Below are positions 25,048-36,851 of a stretch of DNA of 63,651 nucleotides, in pieces. Numbering within the stretch: the first letter of the stretch is position 1; each line of letters begins with the position of its first letter. The notes below the pieces were generated by a model. It ran no database searches and was not told the origin of the DNA. It saw only the letters and a program-made list of their open reading frames with translations. The stretch comes from Octopus bimaculoides (Eukaryota): the NCBI RefSeq assembly GCF_001194135.2, contig NC_068987.1, positions 106,208,417-106,272,067 of the forward strand, read 5' to 3'. The position numbers were made by a program, and so were the translations under genes.

Positions 25048-25235
25048 GCAGCGAACTGGCAGAATCATTGGCACGCCTTAGCAGCATTTTGTCTGTCGTT
25101 ACGTTCTTAGTTTAAATACAGCCGTGGTCGAGTGTCTTTTATTGTTTCGGGGTCGATAAAACAAACACCAGTAGAATACTGGGATCAATATAATCGACTT
25201 TCCCCCTGTCCTAAATTGCCGGTCGTGTAAGAGAA
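25048..25235 (+). mobile_element. SINE family B, old diverged copy
   Basis: GCAGCGAACTGGCAGAATCATTGGCACGCC..TTACGTTCT..TTTCGGGGTCGATAAAA..TAATCGACTT. Confidence 0.75.
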
Positions 25236-26337
25236 TGTGGAACCAAGATTAAACAAATAGCGATTATTAAAGACTTCCATATTTAACTTCTTTTACTCAA
25301 ATGTTAATAGTTTAATTTGACGCAACTAAAATGATTATTCGCATATTTCTGTTGGGCTTCAGAAATTCATTATGGTATTAACATATTTAAAAGAATCATA
25401 TATCAAGTTTACAAAACTTCAGTGTACATAGTTTACAGGCACGTTCCTAGGAATTTTTCAAAGGGAGAACAGAAAGGTCAGAAGGGAATACATTTCTAGG
25501 AAAAAAATAGGCGTAGTAGGGTGTTGACAGCAGAGGGTGATGCAATCTTCTGACTTACCATTTCTTGTGATACCGCCCGAACCATGACATCAAGGTAAAC
25601 GGATTAAATGGTGAAGATAATATATTTCCACATATTTATTTAGACTTCTGAAAAATGTATAATGCAGCAATAAAATTGAATACTTGAATATACTCAAGTG
25701 TTCAGGCTCGGAAATGTCCATAGTTCATCGTATGTAACTTTTACGTCATGTAAATTTAACTCTCCCTCTTATATATGTTAACTTTGAACAGTTAATATAC
25801 AGCAGACCAACCCAATTGAAATAATACCTTAACTTCTTCAAAAATAGACATGCATTAGATAATGAAATACTAGCTTGAAACTGCAGAAGAGATGTGCACG
25901 GCTGGAATCCATTTGATAATGTTACTATTACTATATTATTTTGGCTTCTTTCACATAGTTTCCTAGTTTTTTAACGATCAGGAACGAGAAAAATTACACT
26001 ATAAGAAGAATTACGAATGGCGCATACCAATTTTTACTGTCTTTTTATAGTGACCAAATTCAATACTGTTTTAATTTCGTTTCGTTTATACAGTTTCCAA
26101 GTATCATTGTGGCAGGAAAAAAAAATTGAATTCTATCATCAAAAGAAATCTAAATGCTGCGCTGGGTATAACACACCAACATTTTACTGTCTGCTTATGG
26201 TGCCCAATAGCAATACTTTTCTATTCTATTTTATGTATGTCTGTAATCGATAAACCGATAAGAAATAAAATATTGGTAACCTGCAACAAAGCAATTTTGA
26301 CTTTTACTAGAATTAAAATCTCTTTCCACTACCATTA

Positions 26338-26393
<56 letters not shown>

Positions 26394-28103
26394 GTTACAA
26401 AAAAGACCCAAGGTGGTGTAGTGTGTACGTGAGTGAAGGATAATTTAAAGAAAAGTTTTTTTCATTGAAGATAATAGAAATTTAAACAAAATATAAAAAT
26501 ATACTTAACATTAAAAAATCTAATGGAAATAAAGGAAGTTAATCAAAAATACATGAATCCAGTCGATTTATTTATCTATACATGTTCTTTGTTTAATCTT
26601 AGCAATCTAATCTTTTTATAGAAAAGATTAAAGAGCAGTATCAACAACTATAACAACAAGAATAACAGCAAGGAAAACAACAAGAATAACAGCAAGGAAA
26701 ACAACAATAGCAATATATACAACAGAAACAGCAACAAGTTTTCAGCCTAGAATGGAGACAAGAGCAAAACGGTTTCTACATACGAGAAAGAATATAAGAA
26801 GAGAGAGAGCAACAACTATAACGGCAATAATAGAAATAGTAGCAACAACTGTTATTATCAAGGATATGAACGAAGCAAATACTGTAAAGAACAAAGTAGA
26901 AGGGAAAAAAATCACCGATACTAATTTCAAAAGCAGTAGCAACAGTAAGGATACCAAAAAGAGTAACACTAATAAAATAATAGATACAACAGGTGATTCT
27001 TCGTATTTGCCTGATATGCTTTATACGAGTTTTCTTCAATCCTATATTGCTGTTTTGAAATTGATATTTCAGATTAAAATAGATAACGCAGCATTAGAAA
27101 CGCGAATTTGAGATAAAAAGAATAATAAAGCTGTGGTCATAGAGCACACATTTTGATAGTTTTACTTATTTGAGCAACAAAGAGCGCCTGAATGACGACG
27201 CAAGCGAAAACTAACATGACAATAACGGTATTTGCGTATACAATAATATGAACAACAGAATATAACACGAAACGAAAACAACAAAAACAGACATGAAATA
27301 CAAACAAGGGATACGGGTGGAACCAACAATAACAAAATGTGCAAAAATCAGCAACAGAACAAAAATAAATGTTATTGTTGATGTAGACCCAGATAAATCT
27401 TGATTTACGAATTTATACTCAGAGGCGATCCAATCTCGACTACCGCTATCTTTCATTTGTTAGATAAATTTATTCAGCCTCGGAGGTAATGAAAATTTAA
27501 AATTCTTTTCATGCATTTACACTTTGGCATTCTCGAGGAAATTTTTTTTGTTTTACAAATATATATTTTTAATTTCTTGTTGAATCTAAATTCAATGTTT
27601 ACTTTACTGAAATCAAACTAACAAGATAATATGCAGTTTAGTATTTAAATCTTTGTAAGATATGGTTGATCGCAGAACACAATCTAAAATGTATCTAATT
27701 CACTTTTAAGAAGGGTTATCTAGATACTATTACTAGCAGATAATGTAGCTAGGCAGAGGTTCTCGCATACGTACCGTGATATTTTTACGTTAGTAGAAGC
27801 TAAGTAAATTTTTCGAAAGTAAGAACAGCTGATGTAGTTAAGAGTAGTATTTCACTGGAACTTATTTTAAGGACTACGGATGATAAAACTCAAATCAACT
27901 GAGACGTTCGGATTTAATTCAAAATGTAAAGGGAAGAATCACTAGAACATATTTTATCCGGCTTTCTATACTTTGGTTTCAACCATCATTCCGTAAGTTT
28001 ACATTGGCTTTCATCTTTCTCTAGCCCAATAAAACAATACTTATATATTCAAGGTGATGGAATGGTGGAACTGATATGGTATTTCTTCTAAATATTTCTG
28101 TAG

Positions 28104-28213
28104 GAGACAATCTGACACATGCTAGTCTGCCACTACTTGACCCATGGTTAACTTTAGTATCTCTGCTATGTGTCTCGTTTGACGATAACTCCTTCACTTT
28201 CTCGATCAAACTC
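28104..28213 (+). CDS. Candidate exon, phase 1 to 0
   Basis: Strong acceptor aatatttctgtag and donor CTC/gtaagt; only open frame (G)DNLTHASLPLLDPWLTLVSLLCVSFDDNSFTFSIKL; NLT sequon. Confidence 0.5.
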
Positions 28214-28611
28214 GTAAGTCCTGAAAACATTAAAGTCAATTGCCTTTTTACTTACTGACAAAATGGTAAAAGAAAAAGAACAGTAACCTTCTACTGATTC
28301 TGCTAACCTCAAACCTAAATATACCAGCATATATATTCGCAAAATTAATTAAAAAGTTAAAATCATCCACATCCCCATTAAGTTAAGAGACAGATATAGT
28401 ATTGGGAAGATATGTTAGGGAAGAGGTCACGAATGGTGATGAAAGGATTGATCGAATAACTAATCTAACCGTCGATTACTTAATCGGTTAAATGACTAAC
28501 TTGTGGACTAAGTATAATGAAAGTTGTGGAAAATAAGCAGTGTGTGTTTATTATTGGCGTAATAATGATCCCAAGATACAACAAAAACTACATATTATGC
28601 TTTACATATAG

Positions 28612-28758
28612 TATCACGAACCCATGAAAATGGAGTGTGTGTATCCATTCTTTGAGCTAGAAAATGTGGAAGTCAAATTGAATTCTGCTGGATTTGAAAT
28701 CAGAAAGAAGATGGGCATACGTAGATATCGCATGGAATCTCCCCCACCCAGTCTATAG
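28612..28758 (+). CDS. Candidate phase-0 exon (terminal, or spliced at a weak internal donor)
   Basis: Acceptor tatgctttacatatag; YHEPMKMECVYPFFELENVEVKLNSAGFEIRKKMGIRRYRMESPPPSL-stop; in phase with 28104-28213. Confidence 0.35.
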   Translation, partial: YHEPMKMECVYPFFELENVEVKLNSAGFEIRKKMGIRRYRMESPPPSL

Positions 28759-29693
28759 ATGATGCAAACACTCTGCACTTTATTTTTTATATAATAAAAG
28801 TAATACGTTCTTGCATAGTTTTTTGACTTATTATTTAGAGACGAAGGCAAGAATATAGAAAAGCAAAGTTGTGAGATTTATCCTAGTTCTAACGGAATTA
28901 GTAGTAGTACACAAATTGAATTTGGTTGGTAAAACACATTACGGATTTCATGTGAAAGAAGCATACATGCTATTATGTAAAGAGATAAATAGTGAAAGAA
29001 AGAGAGAGAGATAGAGGGGGGCTGTGAGAGTAGCGACATATATCAATGTGACAGAAAATATTTACTGCGAATATAGTACGTAAGTGTATTTTAAAAAATA
29101 ATGTAAGATGAAAATTTTATTCTAACAAGTTCGAAGACAAAAATAGAACAAACAAAGTACATTTATTCTTGATCATCACTTGTTCATTCATCATTGATCC
29201 GGAATGCCAAGGTACGGTCAATGCGAACCAGGTTACGTTTATCACGAATTGGTCAGTGATAAGACAGGTCAACGATCGATCAATGATTCTGCTTGTACCG
29301 CAAAGCACATCCCAGCGATTACCCACAGTGCTCAGGAAGAACTGAGGGCCCGATAGGAAGCCTTTTTTACCCCGATATTTTGCCTATATGTTCTAATCTT
29401 CACTGATCATTTAACGGGGTGTTTTGCTTTTGGAAACAAACACCCGTGATAAACGATGAAATATATTTAGAAATACTTTCGAGACAATGTTGAAAAATGA
29501 ATTTTCCAGGTTTTCGATAGTTAGAACTATTTATGTATTAAATAACAATGAAAGTGGCATCTTTTTTGCTGCGCTAGGGTTCCAGTCATACATCAGTTTT
29601 AGAACACTGATATATCGTTTCAAGTTTACAACATATATATTGGTATTGGTGATTGGATCACATGTAAATGCTAAATCACAACTTTCTGTTTAG

Positions 29694-29845
29694 TTTTCAA
29701 CGAGATTTCTATAATAGAGATTGGGGATCAGGCGAAAGAAAGAAAAAGTTGTGAAAGAATCACGATTGGTGGATGGAACTGCTTAAGCACACAAAATATG
29801 CAATATGGAAAAGCTTCATATAAAATTCCGACAGAAACCATCAAG
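29694..29845 (+). CDS. Candidate exon, phase 1 to 0
   Basis: Acceptor caactttctgtttag, consensus donor AAG/gtaagt; 50 open codons FNEISIIEIGDQAKERKSCERITIGGWNCLSTQNMQYGKASYKIPTETIK. Confidence 0.5.
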
Positions 29846-30412
29846 GTAAGTAAAAATGATGAAACAAAGAGAAAAATTCCGAAAATTTATTTTCATTAGT
29901 TGTGTCGGCAGATCAGACTGGCTTTAATGTTTCTGAGATTAGAGGCATATCTTATCAATTTAATAATAAATTAATCTGTAAAATATTGAAGGCAAGTTCA
30001 CTTTCTGCATCTTCATGTTTTTTTTAAAAATATAATCGACGTGTGTGTGTGTATATATGCATGTATGTAGTAAGTATGGGTATATGGATTTAGTCATATA
30101 CATACACAAACGCCACGATATATGTGCATATATGTGGAAATATAATTATTTTAAATTATATATAATATATAATCTGTAATCTCAAGAGGCAGGCAATTTG
30201 AGATTATGCAAACACATATATATATATAATTATGCATGCAACCATTTATTTCAATATTTAATTTGAAATATATGAAATATCTATAGCAATAATATTATAG
30301 TGTATTTAAGTACATACACTCAATACCACATACACACACACACGCACACACGAATATATATACATTTTAATATGTACCTACATATACATGTATATGTATA
30401 TACGTGCATGAA

Positions 30413-30979
30413 TAGGTGGTCTGATCAGTAAGTATCTGGACTGTTGCCATAGTGAAGAATCTAAAGCATGCGGACTAAAACCGCTTGGCACACATTCACC
30501 TTGAACTTTGTTGCGCATGCGCATTAAGATTTATCCTTGTTACTCACTTCCGCTGTTTACAGCAGTGTTTGGAAGGAAAGTGTATAGCATGTAACTATGA
30601 CAGAGAAAGTTGAGCAGAGAATCTGCATCAAATTTTGCTAAACGCTTGGCAATACCTGTTCAGAGACCTACATAAAATTTTCAAAACTTTTTCATCGTTT
30701 TCGACACAATCAAGGGGATCTTGCGCAACTGAAACCCAAGTGTCCTTTTGGTCATCTGAAAGCAGTTTTGACACAAACATGGGAGACACGCATCTCATGC
30801 CCAAATCTTCAGTGATGATGGACTGAACTGAATCGTACTGGAAGTGAGCAGCTACGTTGAAACGTAGTGCACATGCACAGCAGATTTCAAGATCAATCTT
30901 TGCCGAGCGGCTTCATTCTGCGTGTTTTTAGCTTCGATACTATGGCTACAGTCCGGATACTTATTGATCAGACCTCTTA
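30413..30979. mobile_element. Non-autonomous mariner derivative with long TIRs and an internal inversion
   Basis: Outer 41 bp are inverted repeats (36/41, TA at both ends), with looser inverted similarity to ~115 bp; plus strand 30597 MTEKVEQRICIKFC*TLGNTCSETY; minus strand 30830-30672 VQSIITEDLGMRCVSPMFVSKLLSDDQKDTWVSVAQDPLDCVENDEKVLK. Confidence 0.92.
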
Positions 30980-31242
30980 GTTGTCAAGATATATATATAC
31001 ACATACTCACACATAACATGCATACATATATAAGCACTTACAGTTGAGTAAAGAAAACTTAGCAACATATACACATTTTTCATACTCATAATTATATTGA
31101 ATTTATTTGGAAATATGCACACTTCCATATGCGTATTTATGTTTATATATATATATGTATGTATGTACATTTGTTGTCTTTAGTGTGACCTTATACAGCA
31201 TTCGGTAGTGGGGTTTTGGTTCGAATGTTCATTTTGTTTTAG

Positions 31243-31325
31243 GAGTGTGCCACCTCTTAGGCGCTATTATTACCATTACTACTCTGATATGGAATAATAT
31301 CACATATCAATATCCTACCTATGGG
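31243..31325 (+). CDS. Candidate exon, phase 1 to 0
   Basis: Acceptor gttcattttgttttag, donor GGG/gtaact; only open frame (G)VCHLLGAIITITTLIWNNITYQYPTYG; NIT sequon. Confidence 0.3.
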
Positions 31326-32739
31326 GTAACTATCGTATTTAATGATAACCCTTCTGATCTAAAGGATGCAGAATAACCCTTGGTTGGTGTCTGGGCGTGC
31401 AGTAAACACACCAGCAGTTATAGGCCTAAGCTGTAGTCACATCATCCTTCAACGAGTGGGATATTCTGATACATAACCTGCGGTTTCTCTTGATGACTGG
31501 TCATCTTGTTACGTCAATCGTTGTGTACTTGTCACGAAGACGCATACCTAATCCGTTGGATGCGCACAAGAAGTTACAAGTTAGGCCAGTCACCTATACA
31601 TCAAACCGTACATATCTGAAACAGGACTGACCGTTCATTCGAGAGGTCAGGGAAAGAAAGTCAGAAATGCCGTTGACAACGAGGAAGTACAAAGGAGTGA
31701 CGGTCATTCGTGAGGATGGCTCAGCCACGTTCTATGTATGCATATGTATGTATGTATGTATGTATATACATACATACATATACATATATACATACATATA
31801 TATACATATATACACACACATTTATATAATTATAAACACACACAACACTGAGACACAAGTATGCACACACGCACATACACACACACACACATGAAGACTA
31901 ATATTTTAAAATCATCGCATGGGATCGCTCAGAAAATAGTACCGGATATTCAGATACACTCCACTGAATATACTATATATTTTGATATTATGTATACTAG
32001 TCATCGACTTGACATTCCAGTTATAATGATGATTTTATAGTTTTATCATGATTGAGGGAATCCTCACCATTGTTACAATATAATTTATAAATGCGAAAAA
32101 TGTATATCAAAATAGATATATGAATATATATATGACATTATATATAAAAAAAAATCTATAATCTGATTGAGAAATATAGAGAATTGTTTTAATATGCTAA
32201 ACATATATATGAAGCATAATGACGTGTAAACTTTTTAAAATTTAGGAAAATGGTTAATAATGTGATAGAAAATATAAGGTTACATACTATGAAATGCAAT
32301 AAAAATGTATTGATCCTGTATTAGAAAACATACAGAAAATTCCGACAGTCTGATATAGTTAATATTGAACTGAATAAATCAGATGAATGCGAATAAAAAT
32401 TGGTTGTTGAATAACATGGAGTGTTGAAAAGTAGATATAATGAGCTACAGTCAAGAAGGAATGAAGAAAGAATATATTATTAAGAGGAGATAAATAGAGA
32501 GGGCAGTGATAGTGTTAAGAATTCAATTGCAACCTGATTCAGTTTGGTAACGTTGATTATAAACGATAACTTTAAAATGTACTCATTAAAATGTGAGCAG
32601 CTCTTTATTAACTCACAGTTTGCTTTTAGACCAATTTGTTACATCAAGATCTTTAGATTAAGGCTTGCCTCATCTGCAATATAAAGTCTGTATTCTCCTC
32701 ACCTCTCGTCCTTAATTCAATTCTATAATTTTCTCATCA

Positions 32740-32785
<46 letters not shown>

Positions 32786-33239
32786 CTCTCTCTCTCTCTC
32801 GCTCATTATATATATATATACATATATATATATATANNNNNNNNNNNNNNNNNNNNNNNNNNNNNNNNNNNNNNNNNNNNNNNNNNNNNNNNNNATATAT
32901 ATTATATATATATATATTTGTGCATATGTGTGTACATATATAATTAAGAATATTATTGAATTACCGCCCAAATAAACGAGAACCAATCTACAGCCAATTT
33001 TTATTGGTATATGTTTGTGTACACGTGTAACCGACAAAACATCATTCTTCTAAATACGCAAGTTTAATTTAATTAGGGCAGCAATATAAACACCTTCACG
33101 TCTTCTCAGGAAACTCGAAATTGAAAAAAATTAATGAGCCAGCACTTCCTGAGAAACCAGCCCCCCCCCCAAAAGCAAACAAAAAAAACACAAGATATTG
33201 CTCCACCTTCTACCGACTCTGCCTATATTTGGCATTAGA

Positions 33240-33535
33240 TGTACCACTTTACTCATTCAGTGCAAGCTTGATTCTTACTAAAGCCATCAATAAACACCTA
33301 GATGCAGCAAGTGCTTAGTTTCACAGAACAGCAACATTTATCTCAATCCCCTAAGCAGATTCCTTTTATTCCATATTAGCAGAGATCTAAACTCAGAGTA
33401 CAGCCCAGTAGAAGATCCTGAATTACGATATCTGGCAAATGAACAATGAAGAGACTGCTTAAGACGCGAGATATTTAAATGCTTACACGTCTTTCATTAC
33501 CAGTTAGCTTGTACCTGCGGTAGGATTCTGGGACT
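33240..33535 (+). mobile_element. Very decayed RTE reverse-transcriptase C-terminal fragment
   Basis: SASLILTKAINKHLDAASA*F, QRSKLRV, HVFH..RILG resemble RTE EINNRISKASAAF, TKLKVY, FHQRCLRRILG in order. Confidence 0.45.
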
Positions 33536-33682
33536 AGAGGAGGCTCATTGTCAGTGTGGCTTCACCAAATCGAGACTTGTTGATGATGAAGATGATGATG
33601 ATGATGATGATGAAGATGGTGGTGGTGGTGGTGGTGGTGGTAATGAAAATGTTTATAGGTATATATTTACATATGTTTGTGC

Positions 33683-33730
<48 letters not shown>

Positions 33731-34226
33731 ATACGTATACTTATTTATACATATTTATATACATATAAAATATTTGCATATATAAATAAAAACATATAGC
33801 CATATGAATATATAAAGATATCCATGAATAAATTTATAACTCACCTTTGTACGAATAAATATCAATCAATACAATTATATACATAGCTACACACATTCAT
33901 ATATTCAATCAAAAATTTATAAAGAAAAATTATATAGAAAGAAAAATAAATATAATGTTTTTCAGCAAATACGCAAGAGTCTGCCTCGAACAATACATAT
34001 ATACTCAGATACACACACACACGCACGTACGCACACACACACAGACACAGACACAGACACGCACCACACACACAAACAAACACACACACGTACACGCATA
34101 TATAATATGCAGAAATATACTCTCACTTCTATTATTTTTCTTGGTATACATGTACATACACATGTATGCATATACACAAATTTACATAAATTTATGAATT
34201 CCATATAAATACATATACATTTGTGC

Positions 34227-34287
<61 letters not shown>

Positions 34288-35230
34288 AGTTATATATCAT
34301 GTAAATGCATACACACACACGCAAGCACATGCACATGTATGTGTGTATATATATATANNNNNNNNNNNNNNNNNNNNNNNNNNNNNNNNNNNNNNNNNNN
34401 NNNNNNNNNNNNNNNNNNNNNNNNNNNNNNNNNNNNNNNNNNNNNNNNNNNNNNNNNNNNNNNNNNNNNNNNNNNNNNNNNNNNNNNNNNNNNNNNNNNN
34501 NNNNNNNNNNNNNNNNNNNNNNNNNNNNNNNNNNNNNNNNNNNNNNNNNNNNNNNNNNNNNNNNNNNNNNNNNNNNNNNNNNNNNNNNNNNNNNNNNNNN
34601 NNNNNNNNNNNNNNNNNNNNNNNNNNNNNNNNNNNNNNNNNNNNNNNNNNNNNNNNNNNNNNNNNNNNNNNNNNNNNNNNNNNNNNNNNNNNNNNNNNNN
34701 NNNNNNNNNNNNNNNNNNNNNNNNNNNNNNNNNNNNNNNNNNNNNNNNNNNNNNNNNNNNNNNNNNNNNNNNNNNNNNNNNNNNNNNNNNNNNNNNNNNN
34801 NNNNNNNNNNNNNNNNNNNNNNNNNNNNNNNNNNNNNNNNNNNNNNNNNNNNNNNNNNNNNNNNNNNNNNNNNNNNNNNNNNNNNNNNNNNNNNNNNNNN
34901 NNNNNNNNNNNNNNNNNNNNNNNNNNNNNNNNNNNNNNNNNNNNNNNNNNNNNNNNNNNNNNNNNNNNNNNNNNNNNNTATATATGTGTCGGTGTGTGTT
35001 TGTGTATGTACAATGAGGTGTTTCGTGTTGTTGTGTCATTGTATTCTGTGTTCAAATTCCATCGGGTTCAACTTTGTCTTCCTGCATTCGAGAGCTGCTA
35101 AAATGAAAGACTAGTTGGATATGGAATTTTATGATATCGACTTATTATCAACGCTCAAAATTGCTGATTCTGCGCCGAAATCAGAAGTAGCACACAATTC
35201 ACACATTTCTCTCTCTTTTTCTCTATGTGA

Positions 35231-35291
<61 letters not shown>

Positions 35292-35499
35292 CATATTCTT
35301 CGCACGTCTCTGGCTAACGACAAACAGTACTCTCAAAAGCGTCGTGAATAAGTATATATTTCTCCTGCTCTGTGTACTTTACTCTGCTTTCGTAAAAAAG
35401 AACCTGTGGATGTATGCATGCATGTATTTATACAAATATTTCTGTGTGTATCAGTGCTCCAGCATGGCCACAGTCAAATGACTGGAACAAGTAAGAGAG

Positions 35500-35553
<54 letters not shown>

Positions 35554-35554
<1 letters not shown>

Positions 35555-35706
35555 CTGTAAAAATATGTGACACTTATTTGGTAGCCATGGTAAAACTCCG
35601 AGTTCCGGATGCCGGGGTGAGAACTCACGCCAACATCTCTTCAGTTATGCGACCATTGAAAATTCCTTATCATGGCTACCGAATAAGTGTCACATATTTT
35701 TACAGA
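35554..35706. mobile_element. 153-bp MITE with 36-bp TIRs, TA-flanked
   Basis: TCTGTAAAAATATGTGACACTTATTTGGTAGCCATG (35554-35589) versus the reverse complement of 35671-35706: 35/36 identical; TA on both sides. Confidence 0.92.
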
Positions 35707-35767
35707 TAAATTCCTCTATTTACATAATATTGAGCTCTCTTTTTTTCTTTTATTGTCCTTTCTATCA

Positions 35768-35799
<32 letters not shown>

Positions 35800-36346
35800 A
35801 GTGTTGGTATCCAGAATATCCAAGGGGCAAGCAATGCCATTAACTTGACCACCAAATAACACTCCCTTTTCATTTTCTCTTCCTCTTTCTTTCTTTGTTT
35901 CTTTCTTCTTTCCTCACCTACTCCTTTTGACCATTCTCCTTATTTTAACATACGCATCTTTTCTGTCCTCTATATCTACTTGATACTCCCACTGCATTCT
36001 CAAAATTTCATTCACCCCACGAGAACACATTGAAAGTACAGTACATGCAATCTATGTCTCCACACTTTTTCCATTTCTAATGACAAAATATGAACTCCTA
36101 CCGGAATTTACATAACATGGATAAGAAGCACTTCTACCACTTCTACACACCACCTTCCTCGGATAATGAAACTCTAACTATAACATCCTACATATATTTT
36201 TATTTTTACTTTTATTCTCTTATTTCTCTTTAAACTCCTTACATCCACCCTTTTCCAAAATAACTCCTTATATTGAACTCTGCTATTTACTCGGTTCGGT
36301 GATTATGTGAATAAGGGGTCCAACGTAGGTCATATATCAGCATCTG

Positions 36347-36480
36347 TATATAAGGATTTCCTTTTCGTAATGAGATAAAAAAAAAACAAGGCTGTGTACA
36401 TTATAGAACATTTATAAACGTTCTATAATGTACACAGCCTTCGTTTTTTTATCTGATTGCGAAAAGTAAATCCCTATATA
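36347..36480. repeat. Long imperfect palindrome / hairpin
   Basis: Perfect 22-bp arms AAGGCTGTGTACATTATAGAAC (36388-36409) and GTTCTATAATGTACACAGCCTT (36420-36441), 10-nt loop, imperfect pairing extends to ~60 bp per arm. Confidence 0.9.
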
Positions 36481-36555
36481 TATATATATATNNNNNNNNN
36501 NNNNNNNNNNNNNNNNNNNNNNNNNNNNNNNNNNNNNNNNNNNNNNNNNNNNNNN

Positions 36556-36595
<40 letters not shown>

Positions 36596-36795
36596 AAATA
36601 TGTAAAGGTTAGATCCGAGGATCAAGGTGTAGGAAGTTAGTGAGCTTCAAGCAGTCCGTAGAAGATATAAAAAACAACTTTCAGGAACAATAGTGATATT
36701 ATACTGGAGCAGAAAGTTGTGAATCTTTCCCGTCATCGAAGTGCTTAACGGTTAGCAACTGGGGTTGCTGTAAATGACAAAAGACTTCATGATCA

Positions 36796-36851
36796 GACTG
36801 TTCCGTTAATCGGTTTAACTGGAACGCTTGAACGTCGTAACCGACGGAGTG
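36796..36851 (+). mobile_element. Retroposon 3'-end fragment shared with 60722-60790
   Basis: GACTGTTCCGTTAATCGGTTTAACTGGAACGCTTGAACGTCGTAACCGACGGAGTG versus GACTGTTCCGTTGATCGGATCAACTGGAACCCTCGACGTCGTAAGCGATGAAGTG. Confidence 0.75.

Noticed and set aside
28614-28655. SRTHENGVCVSIL, resembling the E2 ubiquitin-conjugating ENG.VC.SIL motif
   Set aside because: Stop codons on both sides, no HPN motif and no other E2 sequence
31330-31730. Possible mariner catalytic fragment (TARPDT on the minus strand)
   Set aside because: Similarity to DNARPHT is too weak and no other motifs were found
35790-36290. Pyrimidine-rich block (also 46450-46820) as a named repeat
   Set aside because: Looks repeat-like, but I could not align the two blocks or find diagnostic motifs
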